A stretch of DNA of 64,000 nt from Bacilli bacterium (GCA_022009835.1 CP091726.1:17205-81204), one strand, 5' to 3'. Counted from the stretch's first letter, positions 1-11,628 are shown. Numbers and translations: made by a program. The notes: generated by a model not told the origin, from the sequence alone.

Positions 1-518
1 CTTTGATGGTATTTATTTTTTTAGACTATTAGCACTTTTTAATATTATCAATATTATCATCAATAAACAATAACTCTCTGGGTGTAATATTATACCGATT
101 TAATATGTATTCGTAAAAAAACCCGCATTTGGTTTTAATCTTATTAATTTCTGCAGATATTATTATGTCATCCAAATAAGTAGCGTCAAAATTATCTATA
201 ATAAACTTTTTTTAACAAATGATAAATGATTTGTAGCTACAATTATTTTTAATATTTTTTTATACCTTCTTTTTTTATTCTTTCAAATAGATGTTTATCT
301 CTTATTTTTATATATTTTTATTAATCAAAAAGCTCTGTTATGTTAATGATATCAGATGCATCTTCTATTAAACTGTTTGCTTTTAATCAAATAATCAGAA
401 TCATTTATATTTGGACCAAACATTCTCTCCAATCGTACTTCTATATCAGATAACTCAACATCTTTTTTTCATTAACAAGAACACCAACAAAAATCAAATG
501 CAATTATTTTTTTATCAT
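1..518 (-). CDS. HAD-superfamily hydrolase (C-terminus runs off the window; frameshifted)
   Basis: Minus-strand translation gives MIKKIIAFDF/VGVLV (HAD motif I-like) and ...KPNAGFF/EYILNRYNITPRELLFIDDNIDNI (C-terminal HAD motifs). Several frame breaks. Confidence 0.45.
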
Positions 519-567
519 ATTTTTCTCCAATACTAAATTACTTTTTTTAATAATTGATATTTTCAAC

Positions 568-1132
568 TTAATCAATATTATATTCCCAACCTGGTTGCCA
601 ATCGCCAGTTTTTTTCTCCAATCATTTTTTTATTTGCTTCTTCCCAACTTATATTTTTTTAGTTATAACTTCAAACGCTAATTGTGGAGCTCTATGTGCA
701 ACGATACCGATAGTTTTTTTCCTTTATAATCTTTTTAAAAATATCATCAATTAAACTTTTTAATTCTCTTTTTCAACATCTTTAAGAGATTCTCCATTTG
801 GAAATGGTTCGTTAACATGTTTTTTTCATATACAATAAGATTTTTTTATCTTCACCATCTAAATCACCATAATTACATTCCCTTAATCTTTTTATCTTGA
901 ATTTTTTTGGTACATTTTTGGAAAGCGATATTTGCACTTTCTATTGCTCTAACTAAATCAGAAGTAAAAAAATTACATCAAACTTAATTTTTTTGAATTA
1001 ATTTTTTTCCCAGATTTGCTGCCTGTTCTCTACCTAAATCATTTAACTCTACTTGCTTCCAACCAGAGCATTTTTTTATTAGCATTATCATAAGTTGTTC
1101 CATGTACAAAATAGATAAGATTTGTTTTTCAT
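568..1132 (-). CDS. histidine phosphatase (phosphoglycerate-mutase-like) family protein, frameshifted
   Basis: Reconstructed LYFVHGTTYDN...GWKQVELNDLGREQAANLG...SDLVRAIESANIAF...RLRECNYGDLDG...IGIVAHRAPQLAFE. GGAGGTG RBS before ATG at 1132. Confidence 0.6.
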
Positions 1133-1272
1133 TATATTACACCTCCATTTTTTTACAATAATAATATTTTAATACTTTGCTTTGCTAATATTAATTATAT
1201 CATATTTTTCATTTTTTTCTTTAAATACTAACCAACATGTTAGCTCATTTTTAACCAAAAAAATATTTATTT

Positions 1273-2362
1273 TTAATTCAAAAAAATTGATTTCAACACA
1301 TTATAAATTACATCTACTACTATTGAATTTCCAGCCTGGTGATATAAATAAGTTTCTGCACATACCTTTTTTTGCTCTATTATAATCTTCATCACTAAAC
1401 CCCATAAGTCTCCAAGCCTCTTTTGGATGTTAATTTCCTAATTCTCATTTTTTTAAACCTCCTCTACTAAAATTTTTACAATTATCAGATGTATTATTTG
1501 CTGTAAGTGTTGGTGCATATCCCTTTTGAGAAAAATACTCTCGAAGATTGAGCAAACTTACAACTTTTTATCTTTACCACAAACACCACCTGTATTATAC
1601 TTTTTTTAAATCAACTTCATACTCTCTATCAGGATTATTTTTATTAAATATAATTTTTATTATTAACTATTTTGTATTTACTTGTAGTTAAATAATATTT
1701 TTTTCATCTACTTCTCTTTCTAAATAATCTAATAATGTTTTTTTGCACATCCTGTACCTTCAATAAAAGCTAAACTCCTTATTCTTATCTAATATAGCAA
1801 CAAGAAAAATATCTTTTTTTCTTGTCTGTGGTACTCCATAATCAATAGCATTTAATACTCTATCATATAATGTATAGCCTAAGCTAATTAAATCTTGTTT
1901 AAACAAGTCTAGTGTATTTTTTTAAATGCTTTACTAGTAATATTAGCAACGTTTTCAAATATTACATATTTTTGGTTTCTCTTTTACTTCTTTTAGTAAT
2001 CTTATCATTTCCCAACCTAGACTTGATCTAGTAGAACTCTTAAAATCAAATCCTTTCATTTTACCAGCACAGCTGATATCCTGGCATGGAAATCCTCCGA
2101 TCCATATATCACAATAAGGTAAATTCTCTCCTTTTTATTTCTGTAATACTACCTAAATTTAATGATTCATCTATATTATGAATAGCACAAAATGATTTGA
2201 TTGCATTTTTTTGTCTATTTCGGAAAAATTCTAATGTATAATCCTTAATTATTTTTTTCATCCTTCAATTTTTTTGAAAAGCTTTTTTTCTGGTGCTCCA
2301 ATACCACTAAAAAAAGTACCAACTTTTTATGGTACTCTCACTATAATTTTTTTATTTGTCAT
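1273..2362 (-). CDS. DNA (cytosine-5)-methyltransferase, no adjacent endonuclease, frameshifted
   Basis: Motifs FSGIGAPE (I), GGFPCQDISCAG (IV), ENVANI (VI), YGVPQTRKK (VIII), RKLTPKEAWRLMGF and QAGNSIVVDV (X). AAGGAGG RBS before ATG at 2362. Confidence 0.8.
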
Positions 2363-2399
2363 TTATAATTCCTCCTTTTTCTATTTTTAACGACAAAAA

Positions 2400-2418
2400 G
2401 ATACAGATTGTCTGTATC
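2400..2418 (-). terminator. hairpin GATACAGA-n3-TCTGTATC followed by a T-run on the minus strand
   Basis: 8-bp perfect arms between the stop of the truncated ABC gene and the methyltransferase RBS. Confidence 0.5.
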
Positions 2419-2451
2419 AAATTCACTAATATTTATAAGGAAAATAAAGGC

Positions 2452-3015
2452 TTAAAAACTATAATTATTATTTTTTGATTTAAACAACGCTCCAGTTGGC
2501 TCGTCTGCGAGTACTAAGCATGGATCTGTTATTATTGCACGAGCTGCTGCTACTCTTTGTTTTTGTCCTCCGCTCATTTGGTAAGGATATTTTTTTAGTA
2601 CTGATTCGATGTCTAGTTCTTTTACTACTTTCTTTATTCTTTTATCTATTTCTTTGGGACTTACATTTTGAATTGATAAGGCTAGTGCTATATTTTCATA
2701 GGCTGTTAAGGTATCTAATAAATTGAAGTCTTGAAAGATGAAACCTAAGTCTTCTCTTCTAAACTTGTTTAAATCATTTTCTTTTAGTTTTGTTATGTCA
2801 GTTTCTCCTACAAAAATATGTCCGGCGGTTACTTTATCAATTGTGGATATGCAGTTTAGTAATGTTGTTTTACCTGAACCTGAAGAACCCATGATAGCGA
2901 CAAACTCTCCTTTTTCTACTTCAAATGATATGTTATCTATGGCTTTAGTTAAACTTGATTTACTTCCATAGTATTTTTTTCAATATTTTTCTATTTTTTT
3001 AGTATATTTTTCCAT
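2452..3015 (-). pseudogene. 3'-truncated BceA/MacB-type ABC transporter ATP-binding protein
   Basis: Walker A GSSGSGKTT, signature SGGQKQR, Walker [12 protein letters not shown]. It then diverges into [10 protein letters not shown]-stop where the D-loop and H-loop should follow. No permease gene follows. Confidence 0.75.
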
Positions 3016-3108
3016 ATTATTTTTCCTTCCTTTCGTAATTAATAATACTAGATAATAGGTTATTTGTCGTAATTTTTAATATTACAGTATATTACTTTTT
3101 TTGTAAGG

Positions 3109-4137
3109 TTAGTCTTCTGGGTGATAAAGTTTATTTTTACCAAAGATTATTTTGACAATGGTATATTCTTTTTCCTCAGATTCTATCTCTATTTTATGAC
3201 CTAGTTTGGTACATAATTTTTTGGCTATGTATAGACCCATGCCTGTTGATTTGTTTTATCTCTGCCATTAGTACCGGTAAATGATTTTTTGAAAACATTT
3301 GGGATATCACTTTTTGGTATGCCAATACCGTTATCTTTGATAAATAAGGTTATTTGATTATTATCTTCTATAGCATTTATTTGGATATAGGAGTTTGGAA
3401 TATCTTTTTTGTATTTGATACTGTTATTGATAATTTGATTTAAAATGAATTCTAACCATTTGGTATCGGTATAGACTTCGGTATTTTTTTATATCGACGA
3501 TTAGGTCAATTTTTATTTTTCTAAGAGGTCATCTTTATTTTTTTAAGGGCTACTGATGAGATTATTTTTTTCTAGTTTTTACTTTTTTTGAAGATAAAGT
3601 CTTCACTGGTATAGTTACTTCTTACATAATAGAGGATTTGGTCGATGTAGTTATCTAGTCTTTTTTTATTTCTTCAATGTATTCTTTTGGTACTTGGTTT
3701 TTATGATTATGGGTCATAAGTATTAGACTTGATATTGGTATTTTTACTTCATGTATCCACATCTCGATATATTCTTTGAAGTCTTTGGTGTTATTTATGT
3801 AACTACTGACATTTTCAATCATTGATTTGTTGATGTCGCACATGATGTTATATATTAGTTCTTCTTCGTAAGTATTTGGTTTTGGTATGGTTTCTAGGAC
3901 TAGGTATTTTTTATCTAGATTTTCGGTATTGGTTATGAGTGTGTTATAGAAGGTTCTTTTTTGGAAATATGATATTAAGATGGATATGATTAGTGTTAAT
4001 AGTAGTAATACTATGGTTACTATTATTAGTCCCTCTGGTACTTTGAAGGCAATGTCTAATAGGGCTATTAGAATTATTGATATGATAGTAATAATGATTA
4101 TGCTTATTTTATCTTTTAGATAGTTTGTTAATTTCAT
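3109..4137 (-). CDS. sensor histidine kinase (BceS-like: two N-terminal TM helices, short loop), frameshifted
   Basis: TM-rich N-terminus, H-box MWIHEVKIPISS, C-terminal HATPase_c residues ...GIGIPKSDIPNVFKK.FTGTNGR. 4-nt overlap with the upstream response regulator. Confidence 0.8.
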
Positions 4138-4806
4138 AATAGTATATATCCTTGTCCTTTTCTTGTTTCTATGGCATTTGGATAACCAAAGTCCTCTAGT
4201 TTACTTCTTAGTCTACTTATATTTACGGTTAGAGCATTATCATTTATGTATTCTTCATTATTCCAAAGAATGGTCATTAGTTCATCTCGTGATACAATTC
4301 TATTTTGGTTATTTAATAGGTGCTGAAAGATTAGCATTTCATTTTTGGTTAGTTCTAATTCTTTGTTACTACCAGATAAGATACCACGTGATGGTGAGAC
4401 TTCTAAATCTTTATATTTCAGTACTTCAGTACTATTATCTAATCTTTTTAAAAGATATTTTTGTATTCTTAGTAATAGAATGGTTGGGCTATAAGGCTTG
4501 GTTATGTAATCGTCTGCTCCATAAGAGATGGATAATATTTCATCGGTTTCATTTGCTCTTGATGTTACCATTATTACGGGAATATTTGATTCTTTCCTTA
4601 TTTCTTTAAGTAACTGCTCACCATTTTTGATATGGTATATTTATATCTAAGAGAATTAAGTCTATATTACTTTTTTTAATATTTCTTCTTTGGCATTTGA
4701 AAAAGTCTTTTTAGTATTAATGCTTCATATCCTGCATTTACTAGTAATTCATATAATTCTTTAGATATTATAGTATCATCTTCAATTATCATTATCTTTT
4801 TTTCAT
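4134..4806 (-). CDS. OmpR-family response regulator, frameshifted
   Basis: Receiver domain MKK.IMIIEDD...DLILLDINIP...VIMVTSRANETDE. Winged-helix end ...TKNEMLIFQHLL...ALTVNISRLRSKL...IETRKGQGYILL. Confidence 0.85.
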
Positions 4807-5148
4807 ATATTATATTTCCTTCTTTCTATAGTTATATTATATCATTGTTTTTAATTGTTTTTTTATATTACAAGTTTGTAAGATAGAAGAAAAAGACTTA
4901 GTACATCTTTGTGATGTGGGTAAGTCTTTTTGATATTTCGTAAATAGCTGCTCTCTTCAGGGGGCATAACGTAATGGGTAAATCATACCTATCTGATTTT
5001 TTTACTATTCTGTCCTTTCAAAATTAGCCTTTTTAGAACATATAGTTAAAAAAAAGTATAATTTTTATATAATAAAATTCAACGCAATTTTGCACACAAA
5101 CTGTACAAATAGTATAAAACAATACTTTGTCTACATAAATATATTTTT

Positions 5149-5372
5149 TTAATCAAGATCCTTTGGCATTTCGGATAATTCAGAATTTAATATTTCATAA
5201 AATCTTTCTCCAAGTGGTGTTATGTTATCTTTTTTTACTATTTTTAATATTATTTTTTTATTATTAACTATTTGCTCTAAAATTGCAAAAAAATTCTTGT
5301 TCTTTAAAATTTTTCTAAATCACACTCTTTGTTATTAATTTGAATACTGTTTTTTTCAAATATCAATTCCAT
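5149..5372 (-). CDS. hypothetical small protein (about 74 aa after frame repair)
   Basis: ATG overlaps the end of the upstream ATPase gene. Reconstructed MELIFEKNSIQINNKECDLE...ITPLGERFYEILNSELSEMPKDLD. No recognisable domain. Confidence 0.35.
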
Positions 5373-6310
5373 TATTTTCCTCCTCTAAAAAGATATCTTT
5401 ATACCCTATCTTTTTCACTCTTATAGAAAGTGCATCTTTACCGCCATCCAAAATATGGGTTGAAATATTAAGTATAGTATCATTTAATATTTTTTTGTAT
5501 TTATAGAACTATAATTATATTTTTATTAAACTTTCCATTGAATCATTTATTATGTGATACATATTATTTTTTTAATGCAAATTAAAAATACTATCACTGT
5601 CTCCATTAATAACCAAATTGGCATTATGACTTATAATAAAAATTTGACGTCTCATTTTTATACTTCTTAATTTCAAAACAACTTTTTTTAAAAAAATTGT
5701 TTCATTATCCAAATCATCCTCAGGTTGATCTATTACAAGTATCTTATTAGAATTGGGATCCAAAATTAAATCTAATAATATATCTGCTTTTTCTCCTGGA
5801 GATAACTTGGCAATATCTTTCTTTTCTCCATTATAATCTACTGTTATTATTGGATTTATCTTTGGTGCAAATATATCATACCCATTGTATTCACCTTTTG
5901 TTATTCTTCCATCCTTATACGGATATATGTCTTTAATATACTTTTTCGCCAAAATTTTTCAAATAAATCAATATACTTTAAATTTGGGTTATAGATATTA
6001 TTATAATTTTTTTAAAAAAATATCCATTATTTCACTTATTTTTATCTTTTTAGATCTAGTGTATGTTGAATAGTTAAACTAATTGAAATATTATTTTTTT
6101 ATTTATTATAATATCTTCTTTATCTATTATTTTTCCTTTTCATTTAATCTTTTTAATATTTTTTTACTTCTATTTGAACAATTTGTCATTAAATTCATTA
6201 ATTGTTTTACTCTGACAGATAGGTTATTAAAACTATTGCTATAATATTGTCCTTCATTCGATATGTTTTTTTGATGCTTTTTTTCTTTTACTAATTATCA
6301 ATTTAGACAT
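5357..6310 (-). pseudogene. C-terminal half of an ABC/SMC-type ATPase (no Walker A half present)
   Basis: ABC signature-like LSPGEKA, Walker B ILVIDQPEDDLD, H-loop-like IISHNANLVINGDSD. The N-terminal about 150 aa are helical filler with no P-loop. GGAGGT RBS plus ATG at 6310. Confidence 0.5.
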
Positions 6311-6406
6311 ATTTTACCTCCATAAAAAAAGAGTATAATAAATATAAAACTCTTATTATAATTACATCATGAAAATTTATTTTTTTATACATTTTTTTAA
6401 ATTTTA

Positions 6407-6457
6407 ATATCTTAATACCAAAGCATTTCTTTGTAGTGGTACCCAAACTTCCCACCT
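6407..6457. repeat. 51-nt conserved intergenic element, copy 1 (copy 2 at 31317-31367)
   Basis: ATATCTTAATACCAAAGCATTTCTTTGTAGTGGTACCCAAACTTCCCACCT versus copy 2: 42/51 identical by hand alignment. Both lie about 100-150 nt upstream of a minus-strand ATPase gene start. Confidence 0.7.
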
Positions 6458-6555
6458 GGTGATGGTCATTGTGCAGTTTTTTTATTATAAATATTTATTT
6501 ATATCATTTATATATAATTTTTAAAATATCATATTGTTTTTATATATTTTTATTC

Positions 6556-7113
6556 TTATATCCTAATTCTTTTTCTAATCGCTAGAATTAAAATTTCAAT
6601 CTTAGGTGCTTCATTTGTCAAATAATATTTTGTGGATTCTTCCTTAGTTAGACCTTTTTTATTTGTCTCGCTATTCATAGCAGATATTTTAAAGTCAGAC
6701 CAAGCTTTCAATACGTTGTCAGATGCATAAATTGTCATATATTTTTGCTGTTCTCTCAATTCTTTTTGTTATATTTTTTTATTATCTGTAATTTCAGCAT
6801 AAAGAACATTTTTTTATTAACCAATCTAAAAATTCAATATATACCTTTTTCTCTTTCTTCTCTAATTTGATTTTTTTAATATTATATCTATTTTCAAAAT
6901 ATTTTCCCACTGGTACTGAAACAAACGCTAATAATCCTGTAATCAATGCTACCGAAATAGTTGGGTATTTATCAAATACATATTTAATAGCCTTTATTAA
7001 CAATTGACCTGTTTTTTTATAGAAACATAAACAGCAAATATTAGCAATGCCATTCCTAGAATGAAGTATAATATATCACGTTTAGAATTAAATATTTTTT
7101 TCTTATTATTCAT
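6556..7113 (-). CDS. hypothetical membrane protein (two predicted TM helices), frameshifted
   Basis: Three ORF pieces join into MNNKKKIFNSKRDILYFILGMALLIFAVYV...ISVALITGLLAFVSVPVGKYF...REQQKYMTIYASDNVLKAW... Confidence 0.4.
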
Positions 7114-7127
7114 AATTTTCTCCTACT

Positions 7128-7985
7128 TTATTTTGATGTTTCTAATTGTTCTTTTTCCTTATATTCATAATTTAATCTATTTTGTTTAGTAACAACAGAT
7201 TCTCCTAAATTTCTTTCTATATCTTCTCTCGCTACTTTTGCTGCATGTCCACCCATTCTAGCAACTTCTTTATTTTGTTCTAAACCTTGTGGTCTATGTT
7301 TTTCAGCAAGTCTTTTTGTAGTTTCTTCTGATAAATCAGTTAATATTATTTCAATATTATCCATATTATCTCTTAAAGACTCTTTACGAAGGCCTTTATA
7401 TTGTTTATATTCTTTAGCTATCATGCCAGACCATTCTTTATAGATTTCGTTAGTTAATATAGCATATTCTTTCCCTTCAGTTATACCATTCTCTTGCCAA
7501 ATATCAGTTAATTCTTTTCTATCTTGAATTCCTTTTAATCTTTTAGCAATCCATTTTTCATCATAACCTTTAGCTCGATATATATCTATAGCTCTTTGAG
7601 CAGCAAGTGATGGGTCAAATACTTCATCTATTCTTTCACTTCCTAATTTAGCCAACCAGCCTTTTATTGGTTCAGCATTTTTACTAGGAATAGACTCAAT
7701 TATTCTAAACATTCCTTCAATATCAACAACATCAGTATTATAATATTTATCATCTGAAGACTTTAATTTCAGTTGGTTACAATTTGTAACCGACTCATTT
7801 CCTTCTTTTTTTAATCTGTGTTTTAATACTTTCCAATAATTTCTAGGATTTTCACTTTCTGATAAAACACCTACTATATCAACAACACTAATATAATATT
7901 TTTTTCATCTTCTTTATCCCATACAGTTCTTATCGTTTCATTATTAAAAATTTTATTAATTAAATGCATTTTTATCCTGATTCAT
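7128..7985 (-). CDS. Bro-N / DinD-like DNA-binding protein (phage antirepressor-type), frameshifted
   Basis: N-terminal ...IRTVWDKEDEK.YISVVDIVGVLSESENPRNYWKVLKHRLKKEGNE...; intact C-terminal ORF IIESIPSKNAEPIKGWLAKLGSERIDEV...YRAKGYDEKWIAKRLKGIQDRKELTDIW. Confidence 0.6.
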
Positions 7986-7996
7986 TTATAACCTCC

Positions 7997-8224
7997 TACT
8001 TCACTTCAAATTCAGATAATTCTATTATATCTTCAAGATTTCCTACTCTTCTAAGATATTCTAAACCACCATCAACTGCTATATTCCTACAAACACACCA
8101 TTTAAAATCATGAACATATTTAGACTCAATAATATCTTTACATTTTTTTGCATTGTATTTTTATTTACTAATATCTTTTTTTATCAGATAAATCTTTTTG
8201 CTTTTTGGTTTTTTCGCTATTCAT
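7997..8224 (-). CDS. hypothetical small protein
   Basis: Reconstructed MNSEKTKKQKDLSDKK...KYNAKKCKDIIESKYVHDFKWCVCRNIAVDGGLEYLRRVGNLEDIIELSEFEVK. Start overlaps the AbiEi stop. Confidence 0.3.
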
Positions 8225-8845
8225 ACATCATACCTACATAATCCATTACAACATCTTTTATACCTAATTTTTCTGCATACAAAGATAGTTTAACAAGATC
8301 TTTATCCTTTCTTTTTATATATTCTTTAACACTATGTTTAATAAGTTCTAAATCCATTCTCTTTTAGATCTAATAATATCACAAATACATCTTTCAACAT
8401 CATATACTTTCACTTTATTCCCCATAGGTGTTTCTATTTCAGTTATACCAAGTCCATAAACATCATTACCAACATAAAATACATTATGCTTTCTTAAATG
8501 AATACTATTATAACTTCTTTTTACTGTTATATCATACACATCAGTTGGAGCTTTTATAGATAAACCATGAAAATATAAAGCTGTCATATGAGAATAAATT
8601 ACATTAGGCATACTTAAACCAAAAAAACATAATAATTATCTTCTATTTTTATTAGTATCAATATAAATACCAGATGCTACTTTTTCTATAATTCCTTTTT
8701 CCTGCATAATAGAAAGATACATTCTATGTATATCAAACATATCAAGTTCTTTCGAAGTAATATATCCATTATTTTTTCATAAGTTCTTCAATAATTTCAA
8801 TATTACTTTTTATCTTGAATCTCTTTTTATAGTTAAATTCTCCAT
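8217..8845 (-). CDS. AbiEi-family (type IV TA antitoxin-like) protein, frameshifted; no AbiEii partner seen
   Basis: ...GYITSKELDMFDIHRMYLSIMQEKGIIEKVASGIYID... then PNVIYSHMTALYFHGLSIKAPTDVYDITVKRSYNS...VKVYDVERCICDIIRSK. Confidence 0.7.
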
Positions 8846-9002
8846 ATTATACCTCTTTTTTTGACTTTTTCTACTGAAATTATACCATAATCAGTAATTT
8901 TGTCAAGTCAATAGAATTGTTTTTTTAACATTTATGTCAGTTTTTGATGATTATATATTTAGCAATTCATGTTATAATAGAAGACATTTAGGAGGTGATA
9001 TC

Positions 9003-9721
9003 GTGTTTAAAGATATAGAGAAAAAAATTATAAAAAAAGAATTTAAGAGAAACTAAATTTAATAAATTCTACTGGATTACATCATTTTTTTATTAATTTT
9101 TAGGTTCTTCGTTATTACAAATTTCCGATAATATTAAGCCGTATTTTTATTTATACCTTACTTTTTTTATTTTTCGTTATAGGATATTTTTATAATAAAT
9201 TATATTAAAACTATGAAAAAAATGTTAATATAAAAAAAGAAAAATTAATATTATAGAAAAAAATTAAAAAAATTTATAGTAGCGAAGTCGAAAAAAACAA
9301 AAATTTTTAATAATATCATACTATTATTGAAACAATATAACTTCAAAACTAAAAAAATGATTTGAAATTAGCTATTGATTATTATAATAGTGAAAAAAAC
9401 CAATTAAAAGTAGAATCAGATTATCTAGGATGGATTGTTTCTATTTCATTAACATTATCATCCTTTATTGAAATTGCATATAACACTGAAACACAGGCAA
9501 TAGATACAACCAAAATATCAGTTATACTTGGTTCTGCGTTAGGAATTATAATTGGATTTTTAATACCTATAATCATCTTTAAAATAATAATTAATAAATC
9601 ATTCACTTCAAAGAAAACCATTCGTTCAAACTTGAGTGATGACTTATCTTATATATATTTAAACTTTGATAAGTATAAAAAAATCAGCTATCAAAAAAAA
9701 GCAATAAGTATAACTATATAA
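9003..9721 (+). CDS. hypothetical membrane protein (only the 3' 119-aa ORF is intact)
   Basis: GGAGGTG RBS plus GTG at 9003. Fragmented N-terminal part. ORF 9362-9721 has TM segments (GWIVSISLTLSSFIEIAY, VILGSALGIIIGFLIPIIIFKIII). Confidence 0.35.
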
Positions 9722-9727
9722 TATTCA

Positions 9728-9755
9728 ACTTCTACCCATCTTGGGTAGAAGTTTT
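9728..9755 (+). terminator. rho-independent terminator
   Basis: ACTTCTACCCA-TCTT-GGGTAGAAGT followed by TTTT, directly after the stop at 9721. Confidence 0.7.
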
Positions 9756-10023
9756 AACTTGTGCCCAAGTTGAACATAAGTTATAATTTGACTTACAAAA
9801 AATTATATTACATGTTAATTTGTCATTTTTTTAACCCTGTAGCAATATGCGACAAAGTTATAACTTCCGACCAACACGGTCGTATGTTAACCTTATCTCA
9901 ATTTGGGACAAAGTTATTTATCTTTAGACTTCGGACCAATTTGGGCCGAAGTAATAATTGTGATATATACGAGTTTTAATTTTATGTATTATTATGTGCA
10001 TAATGCACAGAATTTTTTTAAAT
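9756..10023. other. GC-richer non-coding block with palindromes and three ACA(A/T)AGTTAT repeats, adjacent to the recombinase 3' end (candidate recombination/att region)
   Basis: AACTTGtgccCAAGTT (9756-9771), CGACCaacacGGTCG (9868-9882), CTTCGG...CCGAAG (9929-9951), TGTGCATaATGCACA (about 9996-10010). Repeats at 9774, 9851, 9907. Confidence 0.4.
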
Positions 10024-11628
10024 CATGAATCTATAGAAAATTTCAATATTTTTTTATCTTTATCAATTTCAATTTTATCAATTAATGTTTGTAAAAAGTT
10101 CTCTAGTAGGTTTCTTTATATCAATTAATTCTCTTATTCTTTTTCTCATATTCTTCTAATTCTTTTTGGTTTTAATACCTTCATTTTTTTAGTATTTTTT
10201 TATATTTTTTTCTAAATCTAATTGTGTCTTATTTAATAGACTTTCTGTTTCCTGTGATAATCTTTTTATAAGTAACATCTGAAATATTACCTCTAAACTT
10301 ATCTTCATATAACATATCTATTTTTTTGAGATATATTCTTTTTATCTTATTTTTCTAAATATCTTATCTTTTTCCTTATTATCATCCTTACTACTATTTT
10401 TTTATCTGCTATTTCTTTTGATAATAACTTAGAATCAATCTGCTTAATATAGTTTTTACAAGTCGTTCTAACTACTTCAAGCAATGCTTCTTCTAATTTA
10501 TCATAAGGCATAAAATGTGGTTCACACAGTCTTCTTCTTGGATCTCTTGCATATTTATTACAATTAATAGTCCAATAATTATGATTTTTTCGGTAAGTAA
10601 TTGTTAATGCATTTCCACATTCTTTACAAAATAGTAAATTTTTCAAATAATCTTTTTTTCTCTATTACTAATACCTTTATTAGTTCCTTTTGACATTACC
10701 TTGGATTCTTTCAAAAGTTAATTTATCAACTAATGGTTCATGTGTTCCAGGAACTATGTCCCAATTGCTTTTTGGAAGAGATTTTTTCTTTTTAGATTTA
10801 TAATTTACTTTGGTCTGTGTACTTTGAACCATGTCACCTGTATACATTCTATTCTTTAATATCTTTTTTTAACTGATGATGTAGTCCACTCTTCATTGTA
10901 TCTCATTTTTAGAATTAGGATTTTTTTCGTTTTTAAACTACTAGGTGTTTTTAAATTTTATTATCATTTAAATATGAAGCTATATCAGATAATCCTACAC
11001 CATTAGCAGCCATTTCAAATATTTTTTTAACTACCGGTGCATATTCAGGATCAGGTATTAAATGACCTTTTTCATTTGGATCTTTCATATATCCGTAGCT
11101 TGGATTACTTCCAATAAACTTTCCTTTCTTTCTTTTATCATTTTAAAACACTTCTAATTTTTAATAGAATTTTTGCCTACTATAATAATCATTACAAGCA
11201 ATTATAAATGTCGATGAATCATTACTTGCTTGATTAATTGCACTATCGTAGTTTTCTTGTAATGATATAAATCTTATATTGTTTTTCCGGAAAAAAAGGT
11301 TTTCAATATAATATCCTTTCATAACATGGTCTCTACCTAATCTTGATAAATCTTTGACTATAACCAAATTAGCCATTTTGTTTTTAATGTCTTCAATCAT
11401 TTTAGTAAATCCAGGTCTTTCAAAATTAGTACCAGAATATCCGTCATCAACATATTCTCCAACAAATATAAAACCTTTTTCTTTTACAAAATTCATTAAT
11501 AAATTTCTTTGATTAGTAATACTTTTACTTTCTGATTCATATGATTTTCCTTCATCTGCTTCAGATAATCTTATATATATGACAGCTCTATAAATATTAT
11601 TTGGCATTTGTATCAATCCGTTATACAT
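10024..11628 (-). CDS. large serine recombinase, frameshifted
   Basis: Resolvase domain AVIYIRLSEADEG...SITNQR...VDDGYSGTNFERPGF...LVIVKDLSRLGRD. Recombinase domain. Zinc-ribbon LFCKECGNALTITYRKNHNYWTINCNKY...C. Coiled-coil tail. Confidence 0.85.

Noticed and set aside
9756-9976. The missing C-terminal half of the truncated amidase at the other end of the putative element.
   Set aside because: All three minus-strand frames translated by hand give no amidase-like sequence and contain multiple stops.
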